Positions 10,610 through 19,500 of a stretch of 64,000 bases of DNA are shown one piece after another; the first letter of the stretch is position 1, and every line of letters begins with the position of its first letter. Under the pieces are notes generated by a model. That model was not told the DNA's origin, did not search any database, and saw only the letters and a list, made by a program, of their open reading frames with translations. The stretch spans positions 856,203 to 920,202 of the forward strand of contig JBJBEO010000001.1 of assembly GCA_047284725.1 (NCBI GenBank). The letters are read 5' to 3'. Source of the stretch: Synechococcus sp. (GTDB lineage Bacteria > Cyanobacteriota > Cyanobacteriia > PCC-6307 > Cyanobiaceae). The position numbers and the translations under genes are program-made.

Positions 10610-11629
10610 TCAGTAGCGGACCCGGGGATCGAGCAGAGCCACCAGCAGATCGACCATCACACTCACCATCACCACCAGGGCAGCCACCACCACCACAATC
10701 CCCTGCACCACGGGGTAGTCGCGCTGGTTGATGCTCTCCTGAAGCCGAAGGGCGATGCCAGGCCAGGAGAAGGTTACCTCAATCAGAAGGGCGCCACCGA
10801 TCAGGGACGCCACAGTGATGCCGGCGATGGTGAGGACCGGCAACATGGCATTGGGCAGGGCATGGCGCAGCACCACCTGGGCTTCACTGAGGCCGCGGCT
10901 CCTGGCCGCTTCCACGTAATCCGATCGCAAGGCCCGGCGCAGATTGAGGCGCAGCGCATTGGTGAACACGCCGCTGAGGAGAAGCCCCAGGGTGCAGGCC
11001 GGCAACACCAGATGGCGCAGGGCGCCGTTGAGGGCAACCCAGTCACCACTGATCAGGCTGTCGAGCAGCAGGAAGCCACTGCCACTGGGAGGGAGGAGGC
11101 TGGGGGGAAACCGTCCCCCCACAGGCAACCATCCCAGAATCACGGCAAAGAGCAGCTGCACCAGCATCGCCACCCAGAAAGGAGGCAGGGCGTAGGTGCC
11201 GATTCCGTAGAAACGACCGGCCAGATCGAGCTTGCCTTCAGGGCGGGCAATGCCGCTGAAACCCACGGCGAGGCCACTCACAGCTGCCACCAGCAGGGCC
11301 GTGAGACTGAGCTCAAGGCTGGCCGGCAGGGCTTTGGCAATGATCTGGCCCACCGGTTCCTGGTTGATCAGGGCTGAACCCAGGTCGCCATGAAGCAAAC
11401 CGTTGATGAAATCACCGTATTGCTGGAGTAAGGGCTGATCGAGACCGAGCCGTTCCCGCAGCAGGGCCTTGGCGGCGGCCGGGGCGCGGCTGCCCAGCAC
11501 GGCATCCACTGGATCGCCCGGGGCCACCCGCAGCAGCAGAAACACCAGCGTGGCGATCAGCCACAGCATCACGGGTGCCAGCGCCAGCCTGGTGGCGCAA
11601 TACCGCAGCAATTCACGCCCCCGTGCCAT
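10610..11629 (-). CDS. peptide/nickel ABC transporter permease (DppB-like)
   Basis: APGDPV...LGLDQPL, EAA motif YVEAARSRGLSE, RHALPNAMLP, RDYPVVQG. Confidence 0.93.
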   Translation of the reverse strand: MARGRELLRYCATRLALAPVMLWLIATLVFLLLRVAPGDPVDAVLGSRAPAAAKALLRERLGLDQPLLQQYGDFINGLLHGDLGSALINQEPVGQIIAKALPASLELSLTALLVAAVSGLAVGFSGIARPEGKLDLAGRFYGIGTYALPPFWVAMLVQLLFAVILGWLPVGGRFPPSLLPPSGSGFLLLDSLISGDWVALNGALRHLVLPACTLGLLLSGVFTNALRLNLRRALRSDYVEAARSRGLSEAQVVLRHALPNAMLPVLTIAGITVASLIGGALLIEVTFSWPGIALRLQESINQRDYPVVQGIVVVVAALVVMVSVMVDLLVALLDPRVRY

Positions 11630-13218
11630 CAGTGCTTCTCCCTCAGACGGGCCAGCATCAATTGACCACTGCCATCGAATTCGAGGGGCGCCAACCGTGT
11701 CTGGGCCCAGGCTTTCGGCGTCACCAGCCAAACCGGCAGATACGCGGCACCCTCAGCCGCTTCCCGATCGATCTGCAACAGCAGGTTCAGGCGCTTCTCC
11801 CCCAGCAGTGAATCGCTGCGGCGAAGGCTCTGTTCCAGGCCCGGGCGGGTCCAGAAGCTGCCACTGATCACCGCTTCCCCTTCTTCGCAGATGTCGCCCG
11901 AGGATTGCGTGCAACTGAGCAGCGGCGTCAGATAGGCCTCTGGGTCGGGATAGGAGCCCCCCCAATCGAGCATCACGGCCTTGAAGGCCCCTTCGCCCAG
12001 TTGGCGATAGACGGTGGTGGATTCCACTCCCTCCAGCTGGAGCACGATGCAGTCGGCCAGATCCCGGTTGAGCTGCGCTTGCCATGTGAGCGCCATGAGG
12101 CGATCAGAGGGCACGTTGGAGCGGTAGGTGAATGGCACCGTCAGGCGCTTCCCCTGGCAGTAGCCAGCCTTGCTCAACAAGGTGCGGGCACGCTCAGGGT
12201 TGTAGACGGGCCAGGGTTCCGGCTGGCCGCCGCGCAGGCTGGGGGGAACAAGCGACCGCAACGGTGTGCGTTGCTGGTGACTCACCCTGGCGCTGATCAG
12301 ATCACGGTCGAGGCTGTGGGCGAGACCCTGCCTCACCAACGGTTGTTGCAGGGGGGGGTGATTGCTGAGCAGTGTGACGTAGCCGATCTGAAGCGCCGGC
12401 CCAGCACTGGCCTGAAGCAGTCCCTGCTCCGCGCGGCGATCGAGGGCCAGGCGTTGGTCTTCGTCGAGGGAATCGGACAGAAGCACATCCACTTCACCAC
12501 TGCGCAGTGCACCGAATAACGCGGTGGAGTTACTCAGATTGATCAGGTCAAGACCACCGTTCTCCGGGGGAGGGCCCCAGTAACGGCGGAAAGGCACCAG
12601 GCGTTGCTGCGTGGCGCTGTAATTGCTCAGGCGGTAGGGGCCCGTCCCTACGAAGTTGTCGTTGAGAAAGCTGTCTTGGTGGTTGACGTAGGCCTTGGGT
12701 GAGATCGGTGTGAGGTACTGGGACGTGAGCAGACTTTCCAGTGAACTGGAGGGGCGATTCAGTCGGAGGCGCAGCACATAGGGCTGTGGCGTTTCAATCG
12801 TGCGGATGCGATCCCCCACCACGTAACTCTGGGTGCCGATCCGAAGGAAGCGGCGCAGGCTGAAAGCCATGGCCTCGGCGTCGAAGCGGCTGCCGTCGTG
12901 GAACAGCACATCCCGCCGAAGTGGAATGGTGACCGTCAGTCCTCCGTCGCTGAGCTGGGGCGGCTGCGACGCCAACTGCGGGCGGAGCGTTCCATCGGTG
13001 TCGCGCTTGTAGAGCGTGTCGCCAAGGGCGTTGAGCAGCTGAAGGGTGCCGTAGGTGCTGGCTTGGGCCGGGTCGAGCGAGGCAATGCGGCCGGCGCTGG
13101 CCACGGTGATCCGATCACTGGGGGAGTGGTGCTGGCAGGCCAGTTGACTGAAGCCAAGCCCTATCACCATGGCAGTGACTGTGCCTGCTCCTGTCCAGTG
13201 ACGATGGTGCGGCTGCAC
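11629..13218 (-). CDS. peptide/nickel ABC transporter substrate-binding protein (family 5)
   Basis: Lipoprotein-like N-terminus (QLAC), SLDPA, LRRDVLFHDGSRFDAEAMAFSL, GTGPY. Confidence 0.92.
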   Translation of the reverse strand: MQPHHRHWTGAGTVTAMVIGLGFSQLACQHHSPSDRITVASAGRIASLDPAQASTYGTLQLLNALGDTLYKRDTDGTLRPQLASQPPQLSDGGLTVTIPLRRDVLFHDGSRFDAEAMAFSLRRFLRIGTQSYVVGDRIRTIETPQPYVLRLRLNRPSSSLESLLTSQYLTPISPKAYVNHQDSFLNDNFVGTGPYRLSNYSATQQRLVPFRRYWGPPPENGGLDLINLSNSTALFGALRSGEVDVLLSDSLDEDQRLALDRRAEQGLLQASAGPALQIGYVTLLSNHPPLQQPLVRQGLAHSLDRDLISARVSHQQRTPLRSLVPPSLRGGQPEPWPVYNPERARTLLSKAGYCQGKRLTVPFTYRSNVPSDRLMALTWQAQLNRDLADCIVLQLEGVESTTVYRQLGEGAFKAVMLDWGGSYPDPEAYLTPLLSCTQSSGDICEEGEAVISGSFWTRPGLEQSLRRSDSLLGEKRLNLLLQIDREAAEGAAYLPVWLVTPKAWAQTRLAPLEFDGSGQLMLARLREKH

Positions 13219-13245
13219 GTTGGAAGATGCCCTGTAGGCGTCTAT

Positions 13246-13464
13246 TCAAAGGCTGTTGATGGCTCCCTGGGCATCCTTGTGGTGATCTGAAGTGTCCGTC
13301 TGTTGGATGTCCCCTAAGGACACCTCAAACACATCGGATCCACCATGGGCCTGCAGCGGCCAGCGCCTCACCCAGCAGCGGTCGTGGCAATCATCAATGC
13401 CGATCACCTGGAACAGCTGTTGGCTGTCATCCAACTGAATGCAATCACCCTGATGCACATTCAT
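13246..13464 (-). CDS. small cyanobacterial hypothetical protein
   Basis: MNVHQGDCIQL...FQVIGIDD..DRCWVRRWPL; ATG at 13464. Confidence 0.7.
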   Translation of the reverse strand: MNVHQGDCIQLDDSQQLFQVIGIDDCHDRCWVRRWPLQAHGGSDVFEVSLGDIQQTDTSDHHKDAQGAINSL

Positions 13465-13639
13465 CGATGACGCTTCGCTCGGCTGCTCACAGCGTTGACC
13501 GTTGACGAGCATCAGTTCGTTCGACATGAACAGTGCAATGCACAGAACGGCGAATCCTGACCGTGTTAGGGCTGGATTGTTACCACTCTGCACGAAGGGG
13601 TGGTGGTGATGCGAGCTTTCGCTTCACGGGTGCGTTGCG

Positions 13640-14959
13640 TCAGAGGCAGCCCAGGTGAGCGGCAAGACCGCGCACGTCAGGCAAAGCCGTGATCGCATTC
13701 AGGGCAGTCCGCATGGAGCCGTTGTCGACTTCATGGGTGATGACAACGATCTCGGCGCCTGCATCGCTGGCATCGAATTGCACGATCGACTGGATCGAGA
13801 CGCCTTGCTCTCCGAAGCAGGAGCCGATGCGACCGATCACACCTGGGGTGTCATCGGTGGTGAAGCGCACGTAGTTGCGTTGATGGATCCGGTCGCTGTT
13901 CACCAGGCGGCAGGCTCGCCAGCTGCTGGCGGCGAGCAGAGGGTCGAGATTGCCGTCGCTGTCGTTGAGCTGACGGATGCCGGCGATGTTGAGGATGTCG
14001 GCGACCACGGCCGAGGCGGTGGGACCAGCCCCGGCCCCTGGGCCATAGAACATCACCTGGCCGATCGGATCGCCTTCCACCAGGATGGCGTTGTTCACAC
14101 CGTTCACTCCAGCGAGGGGATGGTCGCTGGGGACCAGGGTGGGTTGCACCCTGACCGCCAAGGGCTGGGATGTGGTGGCGCCTTCGCCAGCCTGATCGAC
14201 CCGTTCCGCCACCGCCAGCAACTTCACGCCGTAATCGAGTTGGGTGGCGTAATCCACGTCGCGGCTCTGCAGGTCGCTGATGCCAGCGGTGGGAATGCCA
14301 CTCCGATCGATCGGTCCGCCGAAGGCCAGGCCGGAGAGGATGGCGATCTTGTCGGCGGCATCCAGGCCGTCCACATCTGCTGCGGGATCGGCTTCGGCGT
14401 AGCCGAGATCCTGGGCGTCCTTTAGCACGGCGTTGTAATCGGCCCCCTCCTGGGCCATGCGCGTCAGGATGTAGTTGGTGGTGCCGTTGATGATGCCGCT
14501 GACCCGCTGAATCCGGTTGCCGCCCAGGGATTGTTTCAGCGGTTCGATGATCGGAATGCCTCCTCCGACAGCCGCTTCGATCAGCACGTAAACCCCGGCC
14601 GCCGCCGCTGCAGCGGCCATTTCCTCGCCATGGCGGGCAATCACCGCCTTGTTGGCTGTCACCACCGATTTGCCAGCGGCAATCGCGCGCATGATCAGGG
14701 TGCGGGCGGGCTCAATGCCGCCCATCACTTCCACCACAACCTGCACGTTGGGATCGTCAACCACGTCCTGGGGATCAGTGGTGAGCAAGCCAGGATCGAG
14801 CGCGACCGGTCGCGGCCGCTGCAGATCCCGCACGGCCACTCTGGCGATCTGCAGATCACCGATCAGGGGATGGCGTCCTTCCGGTGAGTTGAGGATGGCT
14901 GCCACCCCTGCGCCCACGGTGCCAAGTCCGAGTAGGCCGATGCCGATCCGTGTCGCCAT
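13640..14959 (-). CDS. hom: homoserine dehydrogenase with C-terminal ACT domain
   Basis: GLLGLGTVG, VVTANKA, EAAVGGGIP, GIINGTTNYIL, LGYAEADP, GPGAG. Confidence 0.96.
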   Translation of the reverse strand: MATRIGIGLLGLGTVGAGVAAILNSPEGRHPLIGDLQIARVAVRDLQRPRPVALDPGLLTTDPQDVVDDPNVQVVVEVMGGIEPARTLIMRAIAAGKSVVTANKAVIARHGEEMAAAAAAAGVYVLIEAAVGGGIPIIEPLKQSLGGNRIQRVSGIINGTTNYILTRMAQEGADYNAVLKDAQDLGYAEADPAADVDGLDAADKIAILSGLAFGGPIDRSGIPTAGISDLQSRDVDYATQLDYGVKLLAVAERVDQAGEGATTSQPLAVRVQPTLVPSDHPLAGVNGVNNAILVEGDPIGQVMFYGPGAGAGPTASAVVADILNIAGIRQLNDSDGNLDPLLAASSWRACRLVNSDRIHQRNYVRFTTDDTPGVIGRIGSCFGEQGVSIQSIVQFDASDAGAEIVVITHEVDNGSMRTALNAITALPDVRGLAAHLGCL

Positions 14960-14995
14960 GGGATGTGTCCGTTCACGTCGCTCAGTGCAACGACT

Positions 14996-15457
14996 TTATG
15001 CAGAGGGGGTTGTGGCGCTGGGGTCGAGTCGTGACGCCTGGGCCTGCATCATGCGGAGGATGTTGAGGAAGCCATTGGCGCGGGATGGGGTGAGGCTGGC
15101 CTGCAGGCCCGTCGCGGCAATGAAGCTGGGGTCCACTGCGGTCACCTGGGCCGGCGTGAGACCGTCGAGGCCCTGGATCAGGAGGGCTAAGAGTCCCTTG
15201 GTGATCAGGGCATCGGAGGCGCCCTGCCAATGCAGAACGTTGTTCTCAAGTTTTGCGTCCACGAACACCTGAGAGACGCAACCTTGCACCTTGCGCTCCT
15301 CGGTCTGCAGCTCTTCCGGCATCGGGGCTAATTTTTTGCCCAGCCAAAGAACGTACTCGTAACGTTTGCGTGCGTCAGAAGTGCTGTTCAGCTTCTCCGC
15401 CAGCCGGTCGAGGGCGGCACTGCCGAAGCGGCTGCGGGCGCTGGCGGATGGATCCAT
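14996..15457 (-). CDS. sufE: SufE family Fe-S metabolism protein
   Basis: KVQGCVSQV, SDALITKGL, LTPSRANGF. Confidence 0.93.
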   Translation of the reverse strand: MDPSASARSRFGSAALDRLAEKLNSTSDARKRYEYVLWLGKKLAPMPEELQTEERKVQGCVSQVFVDAKLENNVLHWQGASDALITKGLLALLIQGLDGLTPAQVTAVDPSFIAATGLQASLTPSRANGFLNILRMMQAQASRLDPSATTPSA

Positions 15458-15463
15458 GGCGGT

Positions 15464-15931
15464 TCAGCCCTGTCGCAAGCGTTGAACCCTACCGAGGAGA
15501 GCCAGAGAGATGCCGGCTCCAGCTCCGCCAAGCGCTGTGAGCAGGGGGCGGGCGCTGAAGGGGGCCTGGCTGACCGCATCAATCTGCACCTGGCCTTGAC
15601 GGATGGGCACGGTCAGATAGTCGCGGTGGCCCGGGCCGCCATCCACCTGCAGGTCCACCTCGCCATCGTCGAGAGCAGGGAGTTCAAGGGTGAGTTTGCC
15701 GTTTGCGTCCATGCGCCCCAGTTCCCGGCCAGGATTTCCATCGGCCTGCAGCAGTCGCACGATCGCTCCCTGGGCGGGTTCCCCGGTGGAAAAACCACTG
15801 CTCAACTCCAGTGAGCCGCTGAGGTACTGCAGGCTGGATTCGATCCCATGACTTTGCACCGCTGCAGGCCAGAGGCCACCCAGGGTGACTGCCGTGACTC
15901 CGAGCAGGAGATGGCGCAACGATCGGGGCAT
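15464..15931 (-). CDS. secreted/membrane-anchored protein resembling NikL/CbiL nickel-cobalt transport accessory proteins
   Basis: Signal peptide followed directly by His (AVQS/HGIE), FSTGEPAQGAIVRL, VDGGPGHR, C-terminal TM helix. Confidence 0.6.
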   Translation of the reverse strand: MPRSLRHLLLGVTAVTLGGLWPAAVQSHGIESSLQYLSGSLELSSGFSTGEPAQGAIVRLLQADGNPGRELGRMDANGKLTLELPALDDGEVDLQVDGGPGHRDYLTVPIRQGQVQIDAVSQAPFSARPLLTALGGAGAGISLALLGRVQRLRQG

Positions 15932-16029
15932 GGTGATGGGGCCAGCGGTGGTTCCATCCTGCGGCCGATCTTGAGCAATGGGAAGGGGACCCGGTCATGC
16001 CCTGGTCGCCCAGGATCACCAGCTCGACC

Positions 16030-16608
16030 TCAGCTGCACCAGGTCACGCCTTGCTCGCACACCCATCCATGGAAGGGTTGATCCCATGGCTCCCTCGGTA
16101 AGCCTTCATGGCTGATGCAGCTGGTGGGCAGGACCACCAGGGCCTGTCGCTGCCGCCACGACGCTTCGCCCCGCAGCCGGTCGTAGTAGCCCCCGCCATA
16201 GCCCAGTCGAATGCCGCTGTGATCCACCGCGAGGGCAGGAACGAGCAGCAGCTGAAGCTGATGGGATTGCAGGGGGGGGCTTCCGATCGGCGCAGGAATG
16301 CCGCAGCCGTCACAGTCATCCAGTGGCCCTCCATCCCAGGGGCGATAGCTCATGCCCCCCTGGCCATCGCTGCAGGGCAGTGCCAATGACCATCCCCACA
16401 GATTCGGCAGGAGTGGCATCAGATCGGGCTCGCCCGGGAGTGGCCAGTAGAGCCCCAGGTGGCCGGCGTTCCGGGTGAAGCGTGGCTGGCTGTTGGATGG
16501 CAGCAGCAACTTCAGCACCGAAGCGCGGATCGCCTGGTCATCCCGCTGCCTGCGGAGCCTGCGGAACTGCCTCCGCAGGCTCTGTTTGTCCTGATCGGCA
16601 GCGCTCAT
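16030..16608 (-). CDS. 5-formyltetrahydrofolate cyclo-ligase
   Basis: KQSLRRQF, LLLVPALAVD..GIRLGYGGGYYDR. Confidence 0.93.
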   Translation of the reverse strand: MSAADQDKQSLRRQFRRLRRQRDDQAIRASVLKLLLPSNSQPRFTRNAGHLGLYWPLPGEPDLMPLLPNLWGWSLALPCSDGQGGMSYRPWDGGPLDDCDGCGIPAPIGSPPLQSHQLQLLLVPALAVDHSGIRLGYGGGYYDRLRGEASWRQRQALVVLPTSCISHEGLPREPWDQPFHGWVCEQGVTWCS

Positions 16609-16776
16609 GGCAGCACGTCCCAGCGTCCCCTTGACGTCAGAGGGAGGACCAACGCGGTGGGGACGGGGTGACTGATGTGGGGGAAGGGGCGGTCGGCATC
16701 ACGCTGATCCACAGGGGCGTGCACGGGTGGCCATTTCTCTTTGAAGAAGATTCTCCTGTCAAAGCGCATTGAGCCA

Positions 16777-17073
16777 CTACGCAGCGTCCAGGCCGTCCAT
16801 TCCCCAGAGGACGTGACTGACTTGGTCAGCGTTGACCCAGCGGATCACGCCGTCATCGACATCGGCCACTTGAAACAGGCTGTTCATGGCCGGATCCCTG
16901 GCTCCGCCCTCGCACCAGACCACTTGGCCCATCCACCAGCCTGGATCATCCGTCTGTCCCATGGCCTTCAGGTTCTGAACCACGACGTAGTGACCAGGCC
17001 TGACACTCAAGAACGCTGGCGGTGGCTGCCCTTCGAGCGGATGGCCCTGACCTGCGCTGCGATCAATCGACAT
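16777..17073 (-). CDS. DUF3104-like protein
   Basis: FLSVRPGHYVVV...WWMGQV..CEGGARDP...FQVADVDDG.IRWVNAD pattern of this picocyanobacterial family. Confidence 0.85.
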   Translation of the reverse strand: MSIDRSAGQGHPLEGQPPPAFLSVRPGHYVVVQNLKAMGQTDDPGWWMGQVVWCEGGARDPAMNSLFQVADVDDGVIRWVNADQVSHVLWGMDGLDAA

Positions 17074-17207
17074 TGATACACCTGTTCTGTCTTCCGTTCT
17101 AGGCACGGTCTCCGTTTCAGGAATCAGCGAACCTGCTCACACGTGTAAGGGGATGCGACTGTCCACAGAGCTTGTGACTCTCCCGTGACTTTCCACAGAC
17201 CCGTTGG

Positions 17208-17693
17208 CTAGCGCCAGCGGCCATCGATGTGGCGGCACCCCTTCTCGGGAATCCAAAAGCCCTCCGCTGCCCGGATCAGCTCCAGCTTGTTGCGGTGGTG
17301 CCCGTAGTAGAGGCTGCTCCCCAGTCCGACGGTGAGGAGTTTGGTGTCGGCGTCGTTTGGAGCACGATCGCTGAAGCTTCTCAAAGGCACTCCGTTCTTG
17401 AAGACGATGACGGTGCCACCGCCTGGCTTGTCTTGCCCCGCGGTGGCTGCCGACCACCAGTTGCTGCCGTAGCCCTGATAGTTGCCCTCACGGAAGTGGA
17501 TGATCCAGTTGCCGTTGAGATAGACGGCGCCTTGGTATCCACCAATCCCATTGGTGGACGTGAACTGGATGCTGGCCTCTGGAATCACCTGACTGGTCCA
17601 GGTGCAGGAATAGGGGTAATGCTGCTGCGCGAAGGCCAGTGCTGGTGATAGAAGCAGGGCTCCGGCAACCAGAGGAGCAACTCCGTTGTTCAT
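17208..17693 (-). CDS. hypothetical secreted protein
   Basis: ATG at 17693, signal peptide ending ALAFA, Cys near each end of the mature chain. Confidence 0.7.
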   Translation of the reverse strand: MNNGVAPLVAGALLLSPALAFAQQHYPYSCTWTSQVIPEASIQFTSTNGIGGYQGAVYLNGNWIIHFREGNYQGYGSNWWSAATAGQDKPGGGTVIVFKNGVPLRSFSDRAPNDADTKLLTVGLGSSLYYGHHRNKLELIRAAEGFWIPEKGCRHIDGRWR

Positions 17694-17836
17694 CTGAGCT
17701 TTGACTGCACCAGGGGTTTGTCTATCAGGCCCCGTCCGAAAGGTGCCTGCCACGAGGGGTGGCAAGTTCTGCAGGGGTTGGCCCCTGATAAGAGTTCGAG
17801 ATGAGGGGACCTTATGGCTGAAGCCAGGTCAGAAAA

Positions 17837-17980
17837 TCATGTGCTTTTGATGATTTTAAATTCGAGGAACAAGGCCTCTGCCTCTGCGTAATCCTTGCTT
17901 GAGCGCAGTTCAAACACTTGCTGTTTCCACCAGTCCCAGGTGTCGATCTGAATCAGCGCAGCCAACATTTTTTCGCCCAT
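17837..17980 (-). CDS. small hypothetical protein
   Basis: MGEKMLAALIQIDTWDWWKQQVFELRSSKDYAEAEALFLEF; the 3' portion of a longer track ORF. Confidence 0.4.
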   Translation of the reverse strand: MGEKMLAALIQIDTWDWWKQQVFELRSSKDYAEAEALFLEFKIIKST

Positions 17981-18140
17981 CGCAGGCCTTGACGACTGAT
18001 TTGACGCTAGAGACAGAACCGTGGGCTGGAGGTGTTGTCCACTACAGATCGTAATCGTGCGGGTGCAGAAAGCTTCGAGTGACGAGGAGGCCAGGGTTGG
18101 GACTGGCCGCAATCGGAATCTGTCGTGACCAAGCCGTAGG

Positions 18141-18590
18141 TTGTGGTTTCGTGGATTGGTTGTTGTGCTGGCCAACAAGCTGGATTTGCAGTCCTGGAAA
18201 GTCAAGGGTCTCGTTGCGATTCTCTTTCTTGCTGCCTTGGTTCCTGTTGTCGGCAAAACACTTGTGGACAGCAGGTATCCCTCCTTGGAAAAAGCAGAGG
18301 AGGCGTGTATCGCTTGGCAGCAGTCTGGGAATGTCCATGAATCGCTCACAGACCGAGAGGCGTGGGATCTCTACGGCCGCGAAGTCGGGCAAGGCAGCTG
18401 TGACTATGTCACTCCATCGCTGACGCGAAGATTCTTTGCGCAGATGAATGGGAAAGAGCTCGTTAAATCTCGTTATTGCCTTAATAACAAGGCGACAAAC
18501 ACAATCGAAGGAAGAAGAAATGAAGCCATGGAAGTCGGATTGAACGGGGATAACGGAACCTATCAAGCTGAACAAACGTTCAGGTATTGA
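18141..18590 (+). CDS. hypothetical protein
   Basis: 149-aa ORF with N-terminal hydrophobic stretch and YPSLEKAEEACIAW. Start uncertain. Confidence 0.5.
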   Translation: MWFRGLVVVLANKLDLQSWKVKGLVAILFLAALVPVVGKTLVDSRYPSLEKAEEACIAWQQSGNVHESLTDREAWDLYGREVGQGSCDYVTPSLTRRFFAQMNGKELVKSRYCLNNKATNTIEGRRNEAMEVGLNGDNGTYQAEQTFRY

Positions 18591-18695
18591 TCGCTATTGC
18601 CGACCGGGCACGATCAAACACAAGCTGTGGGGTGGCTGTCGTTGTGATCAAGGCGCTGAGCCTCAACAGCGTTGAGCCCTGGCGCGTCTTGGACT

Positions 18696-18890
18696 TCAGT
18701 TGAAGCTTGCGGTGAAGCGGTTCACCCGCAGGCTTCGATCTTTCTCTCTTTGGATCTCGCTCAGAATGAGGCTGAGGTAGCGATCGTCAGCACCGGTCTG
18801 CTGCTTGAGATCATTCAGGACATCATCGATCGCTCTCACCGCAGCCGGTATCTCATTCCTGAGGTGCTCCTTGGTCGGCTTGTAGGCCAC
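18696..18890 (-). CDS. small hypothetical protein
   Basis: 64-aa helical-looking ORF with GTG start. Confidence 0.5.
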   Translation of the reverse strand: MAYKPTKEHLRNEIPAAVRAIDDVLNDLKQQTGADDRYLSLILSEIQREKDRSLRVNRFTASFN

Positions 18891-19001
18891 GGGTTTGGAG
18901 CGAAAGAGTGATGAAGTTAACCAGCGTTTCCTTGCGCTGGCTTGATTGTGGGCGTTTGCAAAAGAACCAGACCGCCGGAGTGCGCATTGTCGTGTTGGCC
19001 T

Positions 19002-19484
19002 CTAGCGCTGAAACCAGCCCGTCAGCGCGACCGCCAAGGCATCGGCGGCATCATCCGGCCGCGGAGGCTCGCTCAGGTTCAGCTCCCGCATCACTGACTC
19101 CAGCACCTCGTCTTTGTCGGCGTGGCCGTTGCCGGTGAGGGCCTGTTTGATCTGCATCGGCGGGAATTCAAGGATCGGCAAGCCAAATCGGGTGAGGGTC
19201 ATGATCACCACACCCCTGGCCTGCACCACAGCGATGGTGTTGCTGGATCGATAGAAGAAGAACTTTTCGACTGCCGCCAGATCCGGCGTCCAGATCCGGA
19301 TCAACTGCCGCAGATCCCTGGCAATCTCCACCATCCGCTCGCCTTCGCTGCGACCGGGATCAGTCCGGATGATGCCGCAATCCACCATGCGCTGGCCTTC
19401 AACGCCTCTACCCGCATCGGGGTCGACATCGATCACGCCGTAGCCGACACGGGCAAGGCCTGGATCGATGCCGAGAATGCGCAT
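19002..19484 (-). CDS. ruvC: Holliday junction resolvase RuvC
   Basis: MRILGIDPGLARVGYG, AVEKFFF, QARGV, DDAADALAVA. Confidence 0.97.
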   Translation of the reverse strand: MRILGIDPGLARVGYGVIDVDPDAGRGVEGQRMVDCGIIRTDPGRSEGERMVEIARDLRQLIRIWTPDLAAVEKFFFYRSSNTIAVVQARGVVIMTLTRFGLPILEFPPMQIKQALTGNGHADKDEVLESVMRELNLSEPPRPDDAADALAVALTGWFQR

Positions 19485-19500
19485 GGAGTGGCGCTCTGCC

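Noticed and set aside
17721..17794. SAM-I riboswitch (TATC...AAGGTGCC...CTGCAG...GATAAGAG fragments)
   Set aside because: It lacks the P2 kink-turn/pseudoknot and GCAACC elements, and the resemblance is on the strand opposite the adjacent gene. Kept only as an unclassified structure.
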